Origin: Polaromonas sp.
GTDB taxonomy: Bacteria > Pseudomonadota > Gammaproteobacteria > Burkholderiales > Burkholderiaceae_C
NCBI GenBank assembly: GCA_013297865.1
Contig: JAAFIP010000015.1
Span: 31,359-95,358, forward strand
DNA length: 64,000 nt
Direction of reading: 5' to 3'
Both the position numbers and the translations under genes were made by a program. A model generated the notes under the pieces. That model ran no database searches, had not been told where the DNA came from, and saw only the letters and a list, made by a program, of their open reading frames with translations. This document shows positions 27,435 through 36,047 of this stretch, one piece after another. The first letter of the stretch is position 1. Every line of letters starts with the position of its first letter.

Positions 27435-27967
27435 ACATGCGGGTCGTTGTTCAGCAAAGTCAGCAGACGCTGCAGCGCATGGGCCACCGTAGCTTCGCGC
27501 ACAGCAGCGCGGTCACCTTCAAAGCGCTGCATCTCGCTGTGCAGCGCCCCATGCACCGAAAAGCCAAACCACACAGTGCCCACTGGCTTGGCTGCGCTGC
27601 CGCCCGTGGGGCCTGCAATGCCAGTGACGGCGATGCTGATCTGCGCCTTGGAGTGGCGCACTGCACCAAAAGCCATGGCGCGTGCCACCCCTTCGCTGAC
27701 GGCGCCCTGCTGCGCAATCAGCTGCGCGTCAACGCCCAGCAGCTCGGTCTTGGCCTCGTTGGAATAGGTCACAAAGCCGCGCTCAAACCAGTCGGACGAG
27801 CCTGCCAGCGCGGTGCACGCGGCAGCGATCATGCCGCCAGTGCAGCTTTCTGCGGTGGCCAGCTTATAGCCATCTTTGATAAGCTTTTCGGCCAGCAGCC
27901 CAATAGAATATCGCGGGAGCAGCTCTTGATTTAATAGCAATTGATTGTCTTGACCAAGCACAGCCAT
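27431..27967 (-). CDS. pncC: CinA-family nicotinamide-nucleotide amidohydrolase (PncC-type)
   Basis: 'TAESCTGGMIAAA', 'GSSDWFERGFVTYSNEAK' and 'GIAGPTGGSAAKPVGTVWF'. The start abuts the pgpA stop. The N-terminus carries repeat copy 6. Confidence 0.9.
   Translation of the reverse strand: MAVLGQDNQLLLNQELLPRYSIGLLAEKLIKDGYKLATAESCTGGMIAAACTALAGSSDWFERGFVTYSNEAKTELLGVDAQLIAQQGAVSEGVARAMAFGAVRHSKAQISIAVTGIAGPTGGSAAKPVGTVWFGFSVHGALHSEMQRFEGDRAAVREATVAHALQRLLTLLNNDPHV
27892..27940 (+). repeat. dispersed repeat copy 6 (subfamily A), inside cinA/pncC 5' region
   Basis: 'CCAATAGAATATCGCGGGAGCAGCTCTTGATTTAATAGC'. Read on the minus strand it encodes 'LLNQELLPRYSIGLLA' (residues about 10-26). Confidence 0.9.
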
Positions 27968-28537
27968 TCAAAACCTCCACAACGCAATCAGCAGCAGCGT
28001 GCAGGCTGCTGCGATCAGATCGTCAAAAATAATACCAAATCCACCGCGCGCGCCAAAGCCCTTGAACAGCGCATCGGCCCAAGCCACCGGGCCAGGCTTG
28101 ACCGCGTCAAAAAACCGAAACAGGCCAAACGCCACCAGCTGCGCCCACAGCCCGGCGGGGGCGATAAACCACAGGATGATCCAGAAGGCCAGCACCTCGT
28201 CCCATACGATATTGCCAGGGTCCATCACGCGCATGTGCCGGGCCGTCACGGTGCAGGCCCACCAGCCCAGCGGCAGCGCAGCGGCAATCACGGCGGCGAT
28301 CTGCTCAGGGCTCAAATACAGCTGCATCACGCCAAACGCCGCCCAGGCCCACAGGGTGCCTGCCGTGCCCGGCGCAATGCGCGACAGCCCTGAGCCAAAG
28401 CCCAGCGCCACCCAATGGGCAGGGTGCGAGAGCATGAAACGCACCGTGGGGTGCAGCACGCTGGGGCGCACCGAGGGCGCAGTGGCTGGCGTGGCCGCAG
28501 CGTCAGTGGGGGCCAAAGGAGGAAGCGGCTCGGTCAT
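27968..28537 (-). CDS. pgpA: phosphatidylglycerophosphatase A
   Basis: 'GFGSGLSRIAPGTAGTL' and 'DEVLAFW...FRFFDAVKPGPV' PgpA motifs. The start at 28537 overlaps the LysR stop (ATGA). Confidence 0.85.
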   Translation of the reverse strand: MTEPLPPLAPTDAAATPATAPSVRPSVLHPTVRFMLSHPAHWVALGFGSGLSRIAPGTAGTLWAWAAFGVMQLYLSPEQIAAVIAAALPLGWWACTVTARHMRVMDPGNIVWDEVLAFWIILWFIAPAGLWAQLVAFGLFRFFDAVKPGPVAWADALFKGFGARGGFGIIFDDLIAAACTLLLIALWRF

Positions 28538-29481
28538 GTGCGAGATTGTGCCTTCTTCCGGGGGGCTGGCGCACGCGGCGCCGTGATTTCCATGCCGTGG
28601 CCCTGCAGCCACTGTGCAAAAAAGTCGATGCAGACGCGCACCTTGGGGCTGCGGTGGCGCTCCTGCAGCATCACCGCGTTGATCGGCACCACCGGCGACT
28701 CGACGATATCGTTGAGCACATACACCAGCGCGCCGCTTTGCACCAAGGGGTCACAGATGGCGGTGTTGCCGCGCACAATGCCCAGGCCTTCGAGCGCAAT
28801 GCGCATCATGATGCCGGTGGAGCTGGCGCGGTAGTGGCCGCGCGGCTGGTACACCAGCGGCTTGCCATCAACGATAAACGGCCAGCGGTTGAACGCTGGA
28901 ATCACGCTGTTGGTGATCAGGCGGTGCTGGTCCAGGTCAGCCACGGTGCGCGGCGTGCCATGGTTTTGAAGGTAGCCTGGCGTGGCATAGATGCGCCGTC
29001 CATGCTGGCCAATCACGCGTGCCACCAGATTGTCCGAGCCCAGAGGCCCGGTGCGGATGGCAAAGTCAATGCCCTGGCGGGCGATGTCGATGGCGCGGTC
29101 ATCCACATGCAGTTCCACACTGAGCTGGGGGTGTAGCTGCGCCAGCGCATGCAGGCTGGGCACGATCACATAGTTGGCCATTGCGGGGCTCACGCCGATA
29201 TGCACCGTGCCGCTGATGGCCGCCTGGTTGGACGCAAACTCCGCTTCCAAGTCAGCCAGGCTCTGCAACATTCTGTGGCCATGCTCCAGCAGCGCCTGCC
29301 CCGGCTCGGTCAGCGACAGACCGTGGGTGGAGCGGTGCAGCAGGCGCACCTGGTGCAAAGCCTCCAGCCGCGAGATGGCGCGCGACACCAGGCTGACCGG
29401 CACGTCGCGCTCGCGCGCCACCGCCGACAGCGAGCCCAGCTCGGCTACCCGCGTGAAGACACGTACATCATCAAGATCCAT
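28534..29481 (-). CDS. LysR-family transcriptional regulator
   Basis: wHTH 'FTRVAELGSLSAVARERDVPVSLVSRAISRLEALHQVRLLHRSTHGLSLTEPG'; 315 aa. Confidence 0.9.
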   Translation of the reverse strand: MDLDDVRVFTRVAELGSLSAVARERDVPVSLVSRAISRLEALHQVRLLHRSTHGLSLTEPGQALLEHGHRMLQSLADLEAEFASNQAAISGTVHIGVSPAMANYVIVPSLHALAQLHPQLSVELHVDDRAIDIARQGIDFAIRTGPLGSDNLVARVIGQHGRRIYATPGYLQNHGTPRTVADLDQHRLITNSVIPAFNRWPFIVDGKPLVYQPRGHYRASSTGIMMRIALEGLGIVRGNTAICDPLVQSGALVYVLNDIVESPVVPINAVMLQERHRSPKVRVCIDFFAQWLQGHGMEITAPRAPAPRKKAQSRT

Positions 29482-29842
29482 GGTGAGGTGTTTGGCTGGG
29501 GATTTGATTTTGCAAAAATTGCAAAAGCATTATGCAGCCCGCAGGCTTTCCGTGCAAGTGCAGAGGTTCTACAGTCAACTCATCCCCAGCCACCCTGCCG
29601 GGGATTATCAAGGAGAGCACCATGCGAACATCCCGGTCCCCCAGCACCGCTTTCAGCCCCATCAGCCAGCAAGACTATTTGCGTATTTCGCAAAACGCCC
29701 GCGCTGCCGCGCTCAAGGCCCGCCGCCAGGCCGTACAGGCCTTTTGGGCAGGCGCCTGGCGTGCACTGCGCAGTCTGGGCCAGCGCCCCAGCGTGCGCCT
29801 GGGCGCTGGCCACAACGTGCACCGCGCAGGAGTTTAAGCACC

Positions 29843-30253
29843 ATGCCTACACTGCGTCTGCAGGTCGCGCCCCTGCTCAACCCTGAACGCTACGCCGCAC
29901 TGGGCGCAGCCCTGACCCGCATCACCGCGCAGGTGCTGCACAAAAAAGCCGAGGTCACGGCCGTGATGATTGACGACCTGCCCGCCGCGCGCTATCTGGT
30001 GGGCGGGCGCGATACGGCCCAGCCCATCGCCTGTCTGGAGATCAGTATCACTGCGGGCACCAACACCGCTGAGGAAAAATCCCAATTCATCCGCGAGGCG
30101 CATGCCGAACTGCAACGCCAGCTGGGCACCAGTGGCCAGAGCCTGCACGAGGCCAGCTATGTGATCGTGCGCGAGCTGCCCGCCAGTGACTGGGGCTATG
30201 CGGGCCTGACGCAGGCCGCGCGCCGCACGCTGCAGCCGGTGGCTATGACTTAA
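29843..30253 (+). CDS. tautomerase-superfamily protein (long 4-OT-like)
   Basis: It begins 'MPTLRL', and Pro-1 after Met removal is the tautomerase hallmark. About 136 aa, divergent from the LysR gene. The 3' end overlaps the thiL 3' end by 11 nt (convergent). Confidence 0.7.
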   Translation: MPTLRLQVAPLLNPERYAALGAALTRITAQVLHKKAEVTAVMIDDLPAARYLVGGRDTAQPIACLEISITAGTNTAEEKSQFIREAHAELQRQLGTSGQSLHEASYVIVRELPASDWGYAGLTQAARRTLQPVAMT

Positions 30254-31217
30254 AGTGGTCGAAGGACGCGAAGGTGTTGGGCACCAGCGCGCCCTGTGCA
30301 TCGCGCAGCACCAGCTGTGTGTCGGCCGTGATGCGCCCGATGCGCTTGGCCGGGGTAACGGCCCGGCCCGCGGCCTGGGCCACGGCTTCGCGGGCACTGG
30401 GCGGCGCGGTGAAGACCAGCTCGTAGTCATCACCGCCATTGGCCGTCATTTCACGGCAGAAATCTGATGAAAAACCGTGCCCAGCCCAATGAAATATCGC
30501 GAGAGCAGCTACATTATCAATAGCAACTTCCGCTCCGCAGCGGCTCGCCTTGAGGATATGGCCCAAGTCGCCCAGCAGACCGTCGCTCACGTCAATGGCG
30601 GAGGTGGCAATGCCGCGCAAGGCCTGGCCCAGCGCGACCCGTGGCGTGGGCCGCTCCATGCGCGCACGCGCGCTGGCAAACATGGCGGCATCCAGCTGCA
30701 CTGTGCCGCGAAAGGCCTCCAGTGCCAGCCGCGCATCGCCCACCGAGCCGCTGACATAGATGTCGTCGCCCGGCTGCGCGCCCGAGCGCAGCAGCGCCTG
30801 CCCGGGTGGCACCTCGCCTATCACGGTGATGCAGATGTTCAGCGGCCCCTGGGTGGTGTCGCCGCCCACCAGCGCGCAGCCATGCTGGTCGGCCAGCGCA
30901 AACAGGCCTTTGGAAAAACCGTGCAGCCAGGTGGTGTCCACGCGCGGCAAAGCCAGCGCCAGCGTAAAGGCCACGGGCTTGGCACCGCAAGCGGCCAGGT
31001 CGCTCAGGTTCACCGCCAAGGCCTTATGCCCCAGTGCATCGGGCGATACGGTAGACACAAAATGCCGCCCCTCCACCAGCATGTCGCTGCTAATGGCCAG
31101 CTGCATGCCCGCGCGCGGGGCCAGCAGGGCGCAGTCATCGCCGATGCCCTTGACCACGTTGTCGCCAGGGGCATAGTCGCGCTGAAAATACTGCGCGATC
31201 AGGTCAAACTCACCCAT
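30243..31217 (-). CDS. thiL: thiamine-monophosphate kinase
   Basis: 'GEFDLIAQYF', 'GIGDDCALL', 'AISSDMLVEGRHF' and 'GGDDYELVFT'. The ATG at 31217 has the RBS 'gaggag'. Carries repeat copy 7. Confidence 0.9.
   Translation of the reverse strand: MGEFDLIAQYFQRDYAPGDNVVKGIGDDCALLAPRAGMQLAISSDMLVEGRHFVSTVSPDALGHKALAVNLSDLAACGAKPVAFTLALALPRVDTTWLHGFSKGLFALADQHGCALVGGDTTQGPLNICITVIGEVPPGQALLRSGAQPGDDIYVSGSVGDARLALEAFRGTVQLDAAMFASARARMERPTPRVALGQALRGIATSAIDVSDGLLGDLGHILKASRCGAEVAIDNVAALAIFHWAGHGFSSDFCREMTANGGDDYELVFTAPPSAREAVAQAAGRAVTPAKRIGRITADTQLVLRDAQGALVPNTFASFDHFKS
30481..30526 (+). repeat. dispersed repeat copy 7 (subfamily A), inside thiL
   Basis: 'CCAATGAAATATCGCGAGAGCAGCTACATTATCAATAGC'. 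Read on the minus strand it encodes 'IDNVAALAIFHWAG'. Confidence 0.85.
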
Positions 31218-31230
31218 GGCGGCACGCTCC

Positions 31231-31623
31231 TCAGTGCATGGTGGGCTTGCCACCCAGTGCGCTCAGGGCGTCCAGTACAAACATGGGGATGTCTGCGTCA
31301 AATTTTTCACCGTCTTCGGCCACACAAAAATAGCTGCCGTGCATGGTGCCGGTGGGCGTGCGCAGGCGGCAGCCACTGGTGTACTGAAAGCTCTCGCCGG
31401 GCTTGAGCAGCGGCTGCTCGCCCACCACGCCCAGACCCTTGACCTTGTCATTGCGGCCATCGGCATCGTTGATGCTCCAGCTGCGCGAGATCAGCTGGGC
31501 GGGCACCTTGCCGGTGTTGGTGATGGTGACCGTGTAGGCGAAGGTGTACACGCCCTGCTCGGGTGCGGACTGGTCTGCGAGGTACTCGGGTTGAACTTGA
31601 ACACTGAATTGGTACTGGGCCAT
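31231..31623 (-). CDS. apaG: ApaG (DUF525) protein
   Basis: 'YTFAYTVTITNTG...QLISRSWSINDADG...VVGEQPLLKPGESFQYTSG...GTMHGSY' is the canonical ApaG fold sequence. The ATG lies 4 nt after the RND stop codon. Confidence 0.9.
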   Translation of the reverse strand: MAQYQFSVQVQPEYLADQSAPEQGVYTFAYTVTITNTGKVPAQLISRSWSINDADGRNDKVKGLGVVGEQPLLKPGESFQYTSGCRLRTPTGTMHGSYFCVAEDGEKFDADIPMFVLDALSALGGKPTMH

Positions 31624-31627
31624 CCCC

Positions 31628-34600
31628 TTATGGTACTGCTTTGTGGGCCACTTCGGCAGCAGTGCCAGGCTTTGCATGCGCGGCTGCACGCTGTGGGCGA
31701 TTTGTCAGTTTGCGCCACAGCTTGCCGCACTGGTGCTCAAAATCATCCACAAAGGTGTACACCGATGGAATGACCAGCAGGCTCAGGAAGGTCGAGGTGA
31801 TCAGCCCACCGATCACCGCCACTGCCATCGGGCTGCGGAAGCTTCCGTCAGCCGCACCCCAGCCCAAGGCGATCGGCATCATGCCTGCGCCCATGGCAAT
31901 GGTGGTCATCACGATCGGGCGCGCGCGCTTGTGGCAGGCGTCCAGCAGCGCATCCAGCCGGTTCATGGGCGCTACCGCGGGCTGCGTGTCAGTGGCTGCT
32001 TTGCCACGGCGCGCCTCAATGGCGTACTCCACCAGCAAGATCGAGTTCTTGGTGGCAATACCCATCAGCATGATCAGTCCGATCAGCGAGGGCATCGAAA
32101 AGCTCTTGTCCGCCAGCAGCAGGCCCACAAACGCACCGCCCAACGATAGCGGCAGCGCCGCGAGAATGGTCAGTGGATGCAGGAAGTCCTTGAACAGCAG
32201 CACCAGCACGATGTAGATGCACAGCACTGCAGTCAGCATGGCCAGGCCGAAGCTGGCAAACAGCTCCACAAACACTTCTGCATCACCAATCGTCACCTGT
32301 TTCACGCCTGCGGGCAGGTTCTGGATGGCGGGTAGTTTGTTCACTGCAGTGGTTATATCGCCCAGCGCCTGGCCTGAGAGCTCCACTTCAAACTGCACGT
32401 TGCGCGAGCGGTTGAAGCGGTCAATCACCGCCGGGCCGCCCGACAGCTCCAGCGTGGCCACCTGGCTGAGCATCACCGGCCCGCGCGCGCCGGGCACCAT
32501 CAGGCGCTCCAGCGTGGCAACGTCGCTGCGCGCGCTGTCGTCCAGCCGCGTGACGATCGGCACCTGGCGCTGCGACAGGTTCATCTTAGGCAGGGAGGCA
32601 TCAAAGTCGCCCACGGTAGCAATGCGCAGGGTCTCGCCAATGGCGCTGCTGGTCACGCCCAGGTCAGCCATGCGCGTGAAGTCAGGCCGCACCGTCACCT
32701 CGGGCCGCACCAGCGAGGCGCTTGACGCCACCGAGCCCAGGCCTGGAATGGTGCGCAGGTCTTTTTCCAGCGCGGCGGCTGCCGCAGCCAGGGCCACCGG
32801 GTCTTCGCTGGTCAGTGCCAGCACCAGCTTTTCGCCCGAGCCGCCCAGGCCCACCTTGCTGCGCACACCGGGCAGCTCTTCCAGGGCTTTGCGGATGTTG
32901 TTTTCAATACCCTGCTTGCGCGGCCGCGTGCCGCGCTCAGCTAGCAAAATCGTGAGCGTGGCTTTGCGAGCTTCAGACGCGCCACCCGGGGCAAACGGGT
33001 CGCCGCCCGCCGCGCCACCGCCAATAGTGGTGTAGACCGACTTCACATGCTCCACTTTGCTGATCAGCTGGCGCGCCCGCTCAGCAGCGACTTTGGTCTC
33101 TGCGAGCTTGGTGCCCGGTGGCAGCTCCAGGTACGCCTGGGTCTGGCTGTTGTCATCCGGCGGGATAAAGCCCGTGGGCAGCAGCGGAATCAGCAGCAGC
33201 GAGCCGACAAAAAATCCGCCCGCCACCAGCGCCGTGATCCAGCGGTACTTGAGGCACCAGCGGCTGGCGCGCATGTACCACTGCATCACCGGGCCGTCTT
33301 TTTCAACGTAGTTCACAATCGGCTTGAGGATGTAGGCCGCCATCATGGGTGTGAGCATGCGCGCCACGATCAAGGAGGCAAACACCGCCAGCGAGGCCGT
33401 CCAGCCAAACTGCTTGAAGAACTTGCCGACAATGCCGCTCATGAAAGCGGTGGGCAAAAACACCGCAATCAACGTGAAGGTGGTGGCAATCACCGCCAGG
33501 CCAATCTCATCTGCCGCTTCCATTGCCGCTTGATAGGGCGTCTTGCCCATGCGCAAATGGCGCACAATGTTTTCCACCTCGACAATTGCGTCGTCTACCA
33601 ATATGCCGATCACCAGGCTAAGTGCCAGCAAGGTCACCACGTTGATGGTGAAGCCCAAGTAGTTCATGCCAATAAAGGCCGGGATCACCGACAGCGGCAG
33701 CGCCACGGCTGACACAAATGTCGCCCGCCAGTCGCGCAGGAATATCCACACCACCAGCACCGCCAGCAGCGCGCCTTCTATCAGCAGGGTCAGCGAGGCA
33801 GCGTATTCCTCCTCCACCGGTGTGACGAAGTCAAAGGCTTCGGTCAGCTCCATGTCGGGGTGCGCTGCCTTGAGCTCCTTGAGCGCTGCGCGCACGCCCT
33901 GACCGACTTCCACTTCACTGGCGCCTTTGCTGCGTGCAACCTCAAAACCCACTACGGGCACGCCGTTGAGCAGTGCGGTCGAGCGTGGCTCGGCAATCGT
34001 GTCTTTCACCTCGGCCACCTGGTCCAGGCGCACTTTGCGCCCATCGCCCACCGACAGCTGCATGGCGGCCAGCTCAGCGGCTGACTTGACCGTGGCCAAG
34101 GTGCGCACAGGCTGCTCGCTGGTGCCCAGGTCGGCGCGGCCCCCTGCGGTTTCCATCTGCACCTCGCGCAGCTGGCGCGAGACGGCGGCGGCGCTCACGC
34201 CCAGCGACTGCATCTTGGCGCTGTCCAGCGCAATGCGCACCTCACGGTTGACACCACCCACGCGCGTGACCGAGCCCACGCCTTTGACAGCCAGCAGCTT
34301 GCGCGTGAGCGTATCGTCTACAAACCAGGACAGCGCCTCGTCGTCCATCGCTTTGCTGCGGATGGTGTAGGCCAGCACCGCCCCGCCCGAGATGTTGACC
34401 TTGTTGACAATCGGGTCACGCAGGTCGGCGGGCAAATCAGCGCGCACCTGCTGCACGGCAGAGCGGGTTTCGTCCAGCGCTTCCTGCGTGGGTTTTTCCA
34501 GGCGGAACTCGGCAGTGATGGTCACCACACCGTCCTGCACCTTGGTGTAGATATTTTTCAGGCCTTGCAGCGAGGCAATCGAATTTTCTATCTTGCGCGC

Positions 34601-34789
34601 CACCTCGGTCTCCATCTGCGAGGGCGAGCCGCCCGGCAGGCTGGCCGTGATGATGATGTTGGGCACATCCAGGTCTGGAAAGTTCTGCACCTTCATGTTC
34701 TGGTAGCCCAGCACACCTGCAAAGCACAGCAGGACAAAAAACATAATGGCCGCAATCGGGTTGCGTATGCACCAAGCAGATACGTTCAT
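31628..34789 (-). CDS. RND efflux transporter, inner-membrane permease (AcrB/HAE1-like)
   Basis: 1053 aa with an 'MNVSAWCIRNPIAAIMFFVLL' N-terminus and 12-TM architecture with two large periplasmic loops. Confidence 0.95.
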   Translation of the reverse strand: MNVSAWCIRNPIAAIMFFVLLCFAGVLGYQNMKVQNFPDLDVPNIIITASLPGGSPSQMETEVARKIENSIASLQGLKNIYTKVQDGVVTITAEFRLEKPTQEALDETRSAVQQVRADLPADLRDPIVNKVNISGGAVLAYTIRSKAMDDEALSWFVDDTLTRKLLAVKGVGSVTRVGGVNREVRIALDSAKMQSLGVSAAAVSRQLREVQMETAGGRADLGTSEQPVRTLATVKSAAELAAMQLSVGDGRKVRLDQVAEVKDTIAEPRSTALLNGVPVVGFEVARSKGASEVEVGQGVRAALKELKAAHPDMELTEAFDFVTPVEEEYAASLTLLIEGALLAVLVVWIFLRDWRATFVSAVALPLSVIPAFIGMNYLGFTINVVTLLALSLVIGILVDDAIVEVENIVRHLRMGKTPYQAAMEAADEIGLAVIATTFTLIAVFLPTAFMSGIVGKFFKQFGWTASLAVFASLIVARMLTPMMAAYILKPIVNYVEKDGPVMQWYMRASRWCLKYRWITALVAGGFFVGSLLLIPLLPTGFIPPDDNSQTQAYLELPPGTKLAETKVAAERARQLISKVEHVKSVYTTIGGGAAGGDPFAPGGASEARKATLTILLAERGTRPRKQGIENNIRKALEELPGVRSKVGLGGSGEKLVLALTSEDPVALAAAAAALEKDLRTIPGLGSVASSASLVRPEVTVRPDFTRMADLGVTSSAIGETLRIATVGDFDASLPKMNLSQRQVPIVTRLDDSARSDVATLERLMVPGARGPVMLSQVATLELSGGPAVIDRFNRSRNVQFEVELSGQALGDITTAVNKLPAIQNLPAGVKQVTIGDAEVFVELFASFGLAMLTAVLCIYIVLVLLFKDFLHPLTILAALPLSLGGAFVGLLLADKSFSMPSLIGLIMLMGIATKNSILLVEYAIEARRGKAATDTQPAVAPMNRLDALLDACHKRARPIVMTTIAMGAGMMPIALGWGAADGSFRSPMAVAVIGGLITSTFLSLLVIPSVYTFVDDFEHQCGKLWRKLTNRPQRAAAHAKPGTAAEVAHKAVP

Positions 34790-34815
34790 GGTGATTCTCC
34801 TGAGGGCAAAGGGGT

Positions 34816-35982
34816 TTACTTGGATGCAGCGGCTGAGGCCGGTGCAGCAGGTGCGGTAGCTGCGATCAGCTTGACCGTGTCACCATCGGCCAAAAACGCC
34901 GCGCCACTGGCTACAAAACGGTCGCCGCTTTTTGCGCCCTGCAATATCTCCACCGCGTCGCCCACGCGGCGGCCCGTCTGCAGCTTGACCTGGCTGACCT
35001 TGTTGGTCGCCTCGATGCGCATGGCGTAGGTGAAGCCATCACGCAGCACCAGGGCCTGCTGCGGCAGGGTGAGCGCGTTGGCGCTGCCCAGGGCAAACTC
35101 GCCTTTGGCAAACATGCCGGCTTTGATGTCGGGGTGCTGCGGCAGATCGACATAGACCAGCGCGTTGCGGGTTTGCGCGTCCACCGTGGGTGCCACCATG
35201 CGCACCTTGCCCTGCACCTGGGTGCCGCTGGCTGCAGTGACGGTGGCTACCGTGCCAGGTTTGAGACGCGCCACCTCGGCGCTCGTGACCTCGGCGCGCC
35301 ACTCCAGGCGGCCCTGGCGGATCATGCGAAACAGCTCCGTGCCTGCGCCCACCACCGAGCCCACCGTGGCCGTGCGTGACGAAATCACGCCATTGTCGGG
35401 GGCGGTGAGCTGGCCATTTTTCAGCCGCAGCTGTGCATTGGTCAGCAAGGCACGCGATGCCTCCACCCGTGCCTTGGCCGTGGCCTCGGCGGTGGTGAAC
35501 TGCGCAATCTGCTGCGCACTCAAAGCGCCGGTGTCCTGCAAGCTGCGGGCACGCGCGGCGTTGGCTGCTGCTTCTCCTGCAGTAGCCTGCGCCTCGGCCA
35601 GCGAGGCCTGTGCCTGCAGCACGTCAGCGCGGGCCGTATCGGCGTTGAACACGGCCAGCACCTGGCCTTTTTTCACCACATCGCCTACGTTAACGCGCAC
35701 TTCGGTCAGCTTCAGGCCGTTGACCTCCGCACCAATCAGGGCCTCCTGCCAGGCGGCCACATTGCCGTTGGCCAGCAGCTGCAGGCCCAGCGCGCCATTG
35801 CTGGGGCTGATCGCACTGACACTGAGCGCGGCTTTGGGTGGGGCAGCGGTCTTGCCATCCTTTTTATCCGTCTGAGCCCAAGTTTGAGACAGAAAAAGGC
35901 CACCAGCCGTTAAAAATATCGCGGCGGCAGCTATGGTATTCATAGCATTTAATTTAAAGAAAGGAAAAGATTTCATACACAA
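34816..35982 (-). CDS. RND efflux membrane fusion (periplasmic adaptor) protein
   Basis: Biotinyl-lipoyl-like and coiled-coil regions ('VGDVVKKGQVLAVFNADTARADVLQAQASLAEAQA'). Start uncertain (35982, 35976 or 35943). Repeat copy 8 lies in the signal peptide. Confidence 0.9.
   Translation of the reverse strand: MCMKSFPFFKLNAMNTIAAAAIFLTAGGLFLSQTWAQTDKKDGKTAAPPKAALSVSAISPSNGALGLQLLANGNVAAWQEALIGAEVNGLKLTEVRVNVGDVVKKGQVLAVFNADTARADVLQAQASLAEAQATAGEAAANAARARSLQDTGALSAQQIAQFTTAEATAKARVEASRALLTNAQLRLKNGQLTAPDNGVISSRTATVGSVVGAGTELFRMIRQGRLEWRAEVTSAEVARLKPGTVATVTAASGTQVQGKVRMVAPTVDAQTRNALVYVDLPQHPDIKAGMFAKGEFALGSANALTLPQQALVLRDGFTYAMRIEATNKVSQVKLQTGRRVGDAVEILQGAKSGDRFVASGAAFLADGDTVKLIAATAPAAPASAAASK
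35912..35946 (+). repeat. dispersed repeat copy 8 (partial, diverged), in the MFP signal-peptide region
   Basis: 'AAAAATATCGCGGCGGCAGCTATGGTATTCATAGC'. It lacks the CCAAT arm. Read on the minus strand it encodes 'MNTIAAAAIF'. Confidence 0.6.
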
Positions 35983-36047
35983 CTCCCAAAATAACAGGCC
36001 TTCATGGCCTCAAAACCATTCAAATACACCATCCAGTGCCAGCAGCA

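Noticed and set aside
29622-29837. 72-aa ORF (MRTSRSPSTAFSPISQQDYL...) with a good RBS (aaggag) in the LysR-tautomerase spacer
   Set aside because: - It is Arg/Ala-rich and low-complexity, with no recognisable family.
- Such ORFs arise easily at this GC content.
- It is left uncalled, but would be worth a look in ribosome-profiling data.
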